Assembly: GCA_964443845.1 (NCBI GenBank)
Contig: CAYUFA010000009.1
Location: forward strand, 218-64,217
Length of the DNA stretch: 64,000 nucleotides
Direction: 5' to 3'
Source: an uncultured Ectothiorhodospiraceae bacterium
Lineage (GTDB): Bacteria > Pseudomonadota > Gammaproteobacteria > UBA9214
The notes beneath the pieces were generated by a model, which worked only from the letters and a program-made list of their open reading frames with translations, did not search any database and was not told the origin of the DNA. The position numbers and the translations under genes were made by a program. The first letter of the stretch is position 1. Each line of letters opens with the position of its first letter. Shown here in pieces: positions 61,831 to 64,000 of this stretch.

Positions 61831-63014
61831 ATCATTCCGTGAGTGCACGTCTGTGGCTGGCCATACTGTTGCTGGCCGTCGCACAATCCCCGTCCGCCGC
61901 CTGCCTGCTGCGGGGCACCGGCGATCTCGGTGTCGTGATCGAACGCGCCAGCGGCAGCGTGCAGGTGGTCGATACCACGGCGCGCAGCAGCCTGTTCCGC
62001 GTTACCGGGCTGGGCGACCTGTCGCACGCCTCGGTGGTGTTCTCGCGCGATGCCCGCTATGCCTACGTGTTCGGACGGGACGGGGGACTGTCCAAAATCG
62101 ACCTGCTGTGCGGGCGGCTGGACAAGCGGGTGATGCAGGCCGGCAACAGCATCGGTGGCGCCATCTCGCAGGACGGCAGACTGGTCGCGGTATCCAATTA
62201 CACGCCGGGCGGTGTGAAGGTGTTCGATGCCGCCACGCTGGACCAGGTGGCCGACCTGCCGGCGCTCGATGACAAGGGGCATTCCTCGAAGGTGGTCGGG
62301 CTGGTCGATGCCCCCGGCCAGCGCTTCGTCTACACGCTGTACGATGCCGGTGAAATCCGGATTGCCGACATGTCCGACCCGCATGCCCCGAAGGTGGAGC
62401 GCTTCAGGGACATCGGCCGCCAGCCCTACGATGCCCTGATCACTCCGGATGGCCGTAATTACATCGCCGGCCTGTTCGGCGAGGACGGGCTGGTACGTCT
62501 GGATCTGTGGCAGGACAAGCCGGTCCCGCAGCGGATCCTGGATCACTACGGGCGCGGCGAGAAGAAACTGCCGGTCTACAAGATGCCGCACCTGGAAGGA
62601 TGGGCCGTGGCCGGTCGACGGATATTCCTGCCGGCCGTCGGTCACCATGAGGTGCTGGTGATGGACAGCGACAGCTGGCAGGAGGCCGGACGCATCCCGG
62701 TGCACGGCCAGCCGGTGTTCGTCGAGGCCGAGCCGGGCGGCCGCCACGTGTGGGTGAATTTTGCACACCCGCTGAATGACACCGTACAGGTCATCGATAC
62801 GCAGACCCTGAAGGTGATCGCCACGCTGAAGCCGGGCAAGGCCGTATTGCACATGGAGTTCGCGCCGCGCGGCGCGGCGGTCTGGGTATCGGTGCGCGAC
62901 GACGACGTGGTTCGCATCTACGATACGACCACCTTCAGGGAACTGGCGCATCTGCCGGCGGAAAAGCCCAGCGGTATATTCTTTACCGATCGTGCGCACC
63001 GGGTCGGGCTCTGA
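61827..63014 (+). CDS. nirF: NirF (cd1-like beta-propeller protein for heme d1 biosynthesis)
   Basis: GTG start overlapping the nirC stop. Signal peptide. Homologous to the NirS propeller but lacking the heme c motif. Confidence 0.85.
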   Translation: MNHSVSARLWLAILLLAVAQSPSAACLLRGTGDLGVVIERASGSVQVVDTTARSSLFRVTGLGDLSHASVVFSRDARYAYVFGRDGGLSKIDLLCGRLDKRVMQAGNSIGGAISQDGRLVAVSNYTPGGVKVFDAATLDQVADLPALDDKGHSSKVVGLVDAPGQRFVYTLYDAGEIRIADMSDPHAPKVERFRDIGRQPYDALITPDGRNYIAGLFGEDGLVRLDLWQDKPVPQRILDHYGRGEKKLPVYKMPHLEGWAVAGRRIFLPAVGHHEVLVMDSDSWQEAGRIPVHGQPVFVEAEPGGRHVWVNFAHPLNDTVQVIDTQTLKVIATLKPGKAVLHMEFAPRGAAVWVSVRDDDVVRIYDTTTFRELAHLPAEKPSGIFFTDRAHRVGL

Positions 63015-63016
63015 AC

Positions 63017-63511
63017 ATGTCAGCGGCTGCCGAACAGGTCTCCGTGCTGAAGGTGCCGCCGGATCTGACGGCCCTGGAGCGGACCTTGCTGAATGATTTC
63101 CAGCGGGACCTGCCGCTGTGTGCGAACCCCTTTGATGAAATCGCCCGTGTCTGCGGGGTCAGTACCCGCGCGGTCCTGCAGACCCTGCGGTCGCTGCAGC
63201 GGCGTGGCCTGGTCAGCCGGGTGGGCCCGGTGTTCGCCCCGCGCCGCGCCGGGGCCAGCACCCTGGCCGCCCTGGCGGTGCCGCATGCGGACCTGGAGGA
63301 GGTCGCCGCCTGCGTCAATTCCTTCACGGAGGTCAACCACAACTACCAGCGCGAGCATGCTTTCAACCTCTGGTTCGTGGTCACGGCCCCCGACCAGGAA
63401 CACGTGCAGTCCGTGCTCGCCACGATCGAGGCCAGGACCGGGCTGCCGGTACTCGACCTGCCGCTGCAGCGCTCGTTCTTCATCGACCTGGGATTCCCGC
63501 TATGGTGCTGA
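63017..63511 (+). CDS. NirD/NirL-type heme d1 biosynthesis protein (siroheme decarboxylase subunit, AsnC-like)
   Basis: AsnC-type HTH plus the NirD/L/G/H-family C-terminal domain. Confidence 0.8.
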   Translation: MSAAAEQVSVLKVPPDLTALERTLLNDFQRDLPLCANPFDEIARVCGVSTRAVLQTLRSLQRRGLVSRVGPVFAPRRAGASTLAALAVPHADLEEVAACVNSFTEVNHNYQREHAFNLWFVVTAPDQEHVQSVLATIEARTGLPVLDLPLQRSFFIDLGFPLWC

Positions 63512-64000
63512 GTGACGCGGATCGCGCCCTGATCGCTGCCGTGCAGGACGGCCTGCCGCTGGTTGCGCATCCCTATGCCGCAGTGGCCGCGCTGCTCGGC
63601 ACCACGGAGCAGGACGTGCTCGGGCGCATGGCTCGACTGCAGCAGCAGGGGATGATCAAGCGACTCGGCGTCGTCGTGCGCCATCGCGCGCTGGGTTACA
63701 CCGCCAACGCGATGGTGGTCTGGGACGTGCCCGATGACCGGGTGGAGGAGATCGGCGCCCTGCTGTCTGGCGAGCCCTGCGTCACCCTGTGTTACCAGCG
63801 GCCGCGTCGCCCGCCACGCTGGCCGTACAATCTGTTTTGCATGATTCACGGGCGTACCCGTGCGGGTGTGCGGCGTTGCCTGGAAGGCATGATCGTCACG
63901 CATTGCCTGCAGCAGATACCCCACGAGGTGCTGTTCAGTACCCGGGCCTTCAAGCAGTGCGGGGCGCGGTATGCGGCAACCGGTGCACAACCGGCGCCCC
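63503..64000 (+). CDS. NirG/NirH-type heme d1 biosynthesis protein, 3'-truncated at window edge
   Basis: MVLSDADRALIAAVQDGLPLVAHPYAAVAALLG resembles the NirL/NirH N-terminus. No stop before the window end. Confidence 0.7.

Overview
64 kb of high-GC (about 65%) proteobacterial chromosome, probably from a facultatively anaerobic, H2-oxidising denitrifier (beta/gamma-proteobacterial type). The first ~1 kb is clearly lower GC, and there are further lower-GC patches around 13.4-14.2 kb and 43.0-44.3 kb.

Gene content from left to right:
- a partial low-GC lipoprotein-like segment;
- a set of small accessory genes: secreted pseudo-histidine-phosphatase, TspO, DUF2141, DUF2127, cupin plus divergent LysR, cold-shock-DUF1294 fusion, and a truncated CDF transporter;
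- an accessory islet (7.9-14.2 kb): a GGCT-like hypothetical, O-methyltransferase, VOC protein, standalone C39-like cysteine peptidase, small membrane protein, SAM-methyltransferase, secreted protein, and a possible ADP-ribosyltransferase-like protein;
- a complete minus-strand hypCABDFE maturation operon, divergent from a Hyn/Isp-type [NiFe] hydrogenase operon (protease, HupH-like gene, hynS, isp1, isp2, extra ORF, hynL, hupE);
- a Pho regulon block: Pho-box porin, hypothetical, phoH, pstSCAB on minus, and phoU-phoB-phoR on plus;
- rhomboid, DUF4136 lipoprotein, LOG protein translationally coupled to an MBL/beta-CASP RNase, and an NYN-domain protein in a low-GC islet;
- a large denitrification locus:
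  - dnr-like Crp/Fnr regulator, UbiH-like monooxygenase, TauD-like dioxygenase and nnrS on minus;
  - DUF2249, norC, norB, norQ, a small membrane protein, a NapH-like polyferredoxin, norD, a nosR/nirI-like gene, nirS, nirC, nirF, nirD/L and nirG/H (partial) on plus.

Regulatory signals read directly from the sequence:
- three TTAAC-N4-GTCAA boxes (upstream of DUF2249, norC and nirS);
- a TTGAT-N4-GTCAA box upstream of tauD-like/nnrS;
- a perfect TTGAC-N4-GTCAA box in the hypC/hydrogenase divergent promoter;
- a Pho box upstream of the porin;
- a 21-bp perfect palindrome upstream of phoU;
- a strong bidirectional terminator hairpin.

A ~74-bp hairpin-containing repeat occurs twice (43.9 kb and 51.1 kb). 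No rRNA, tRNA, CRISPR or IS/transposase genes were recognised.
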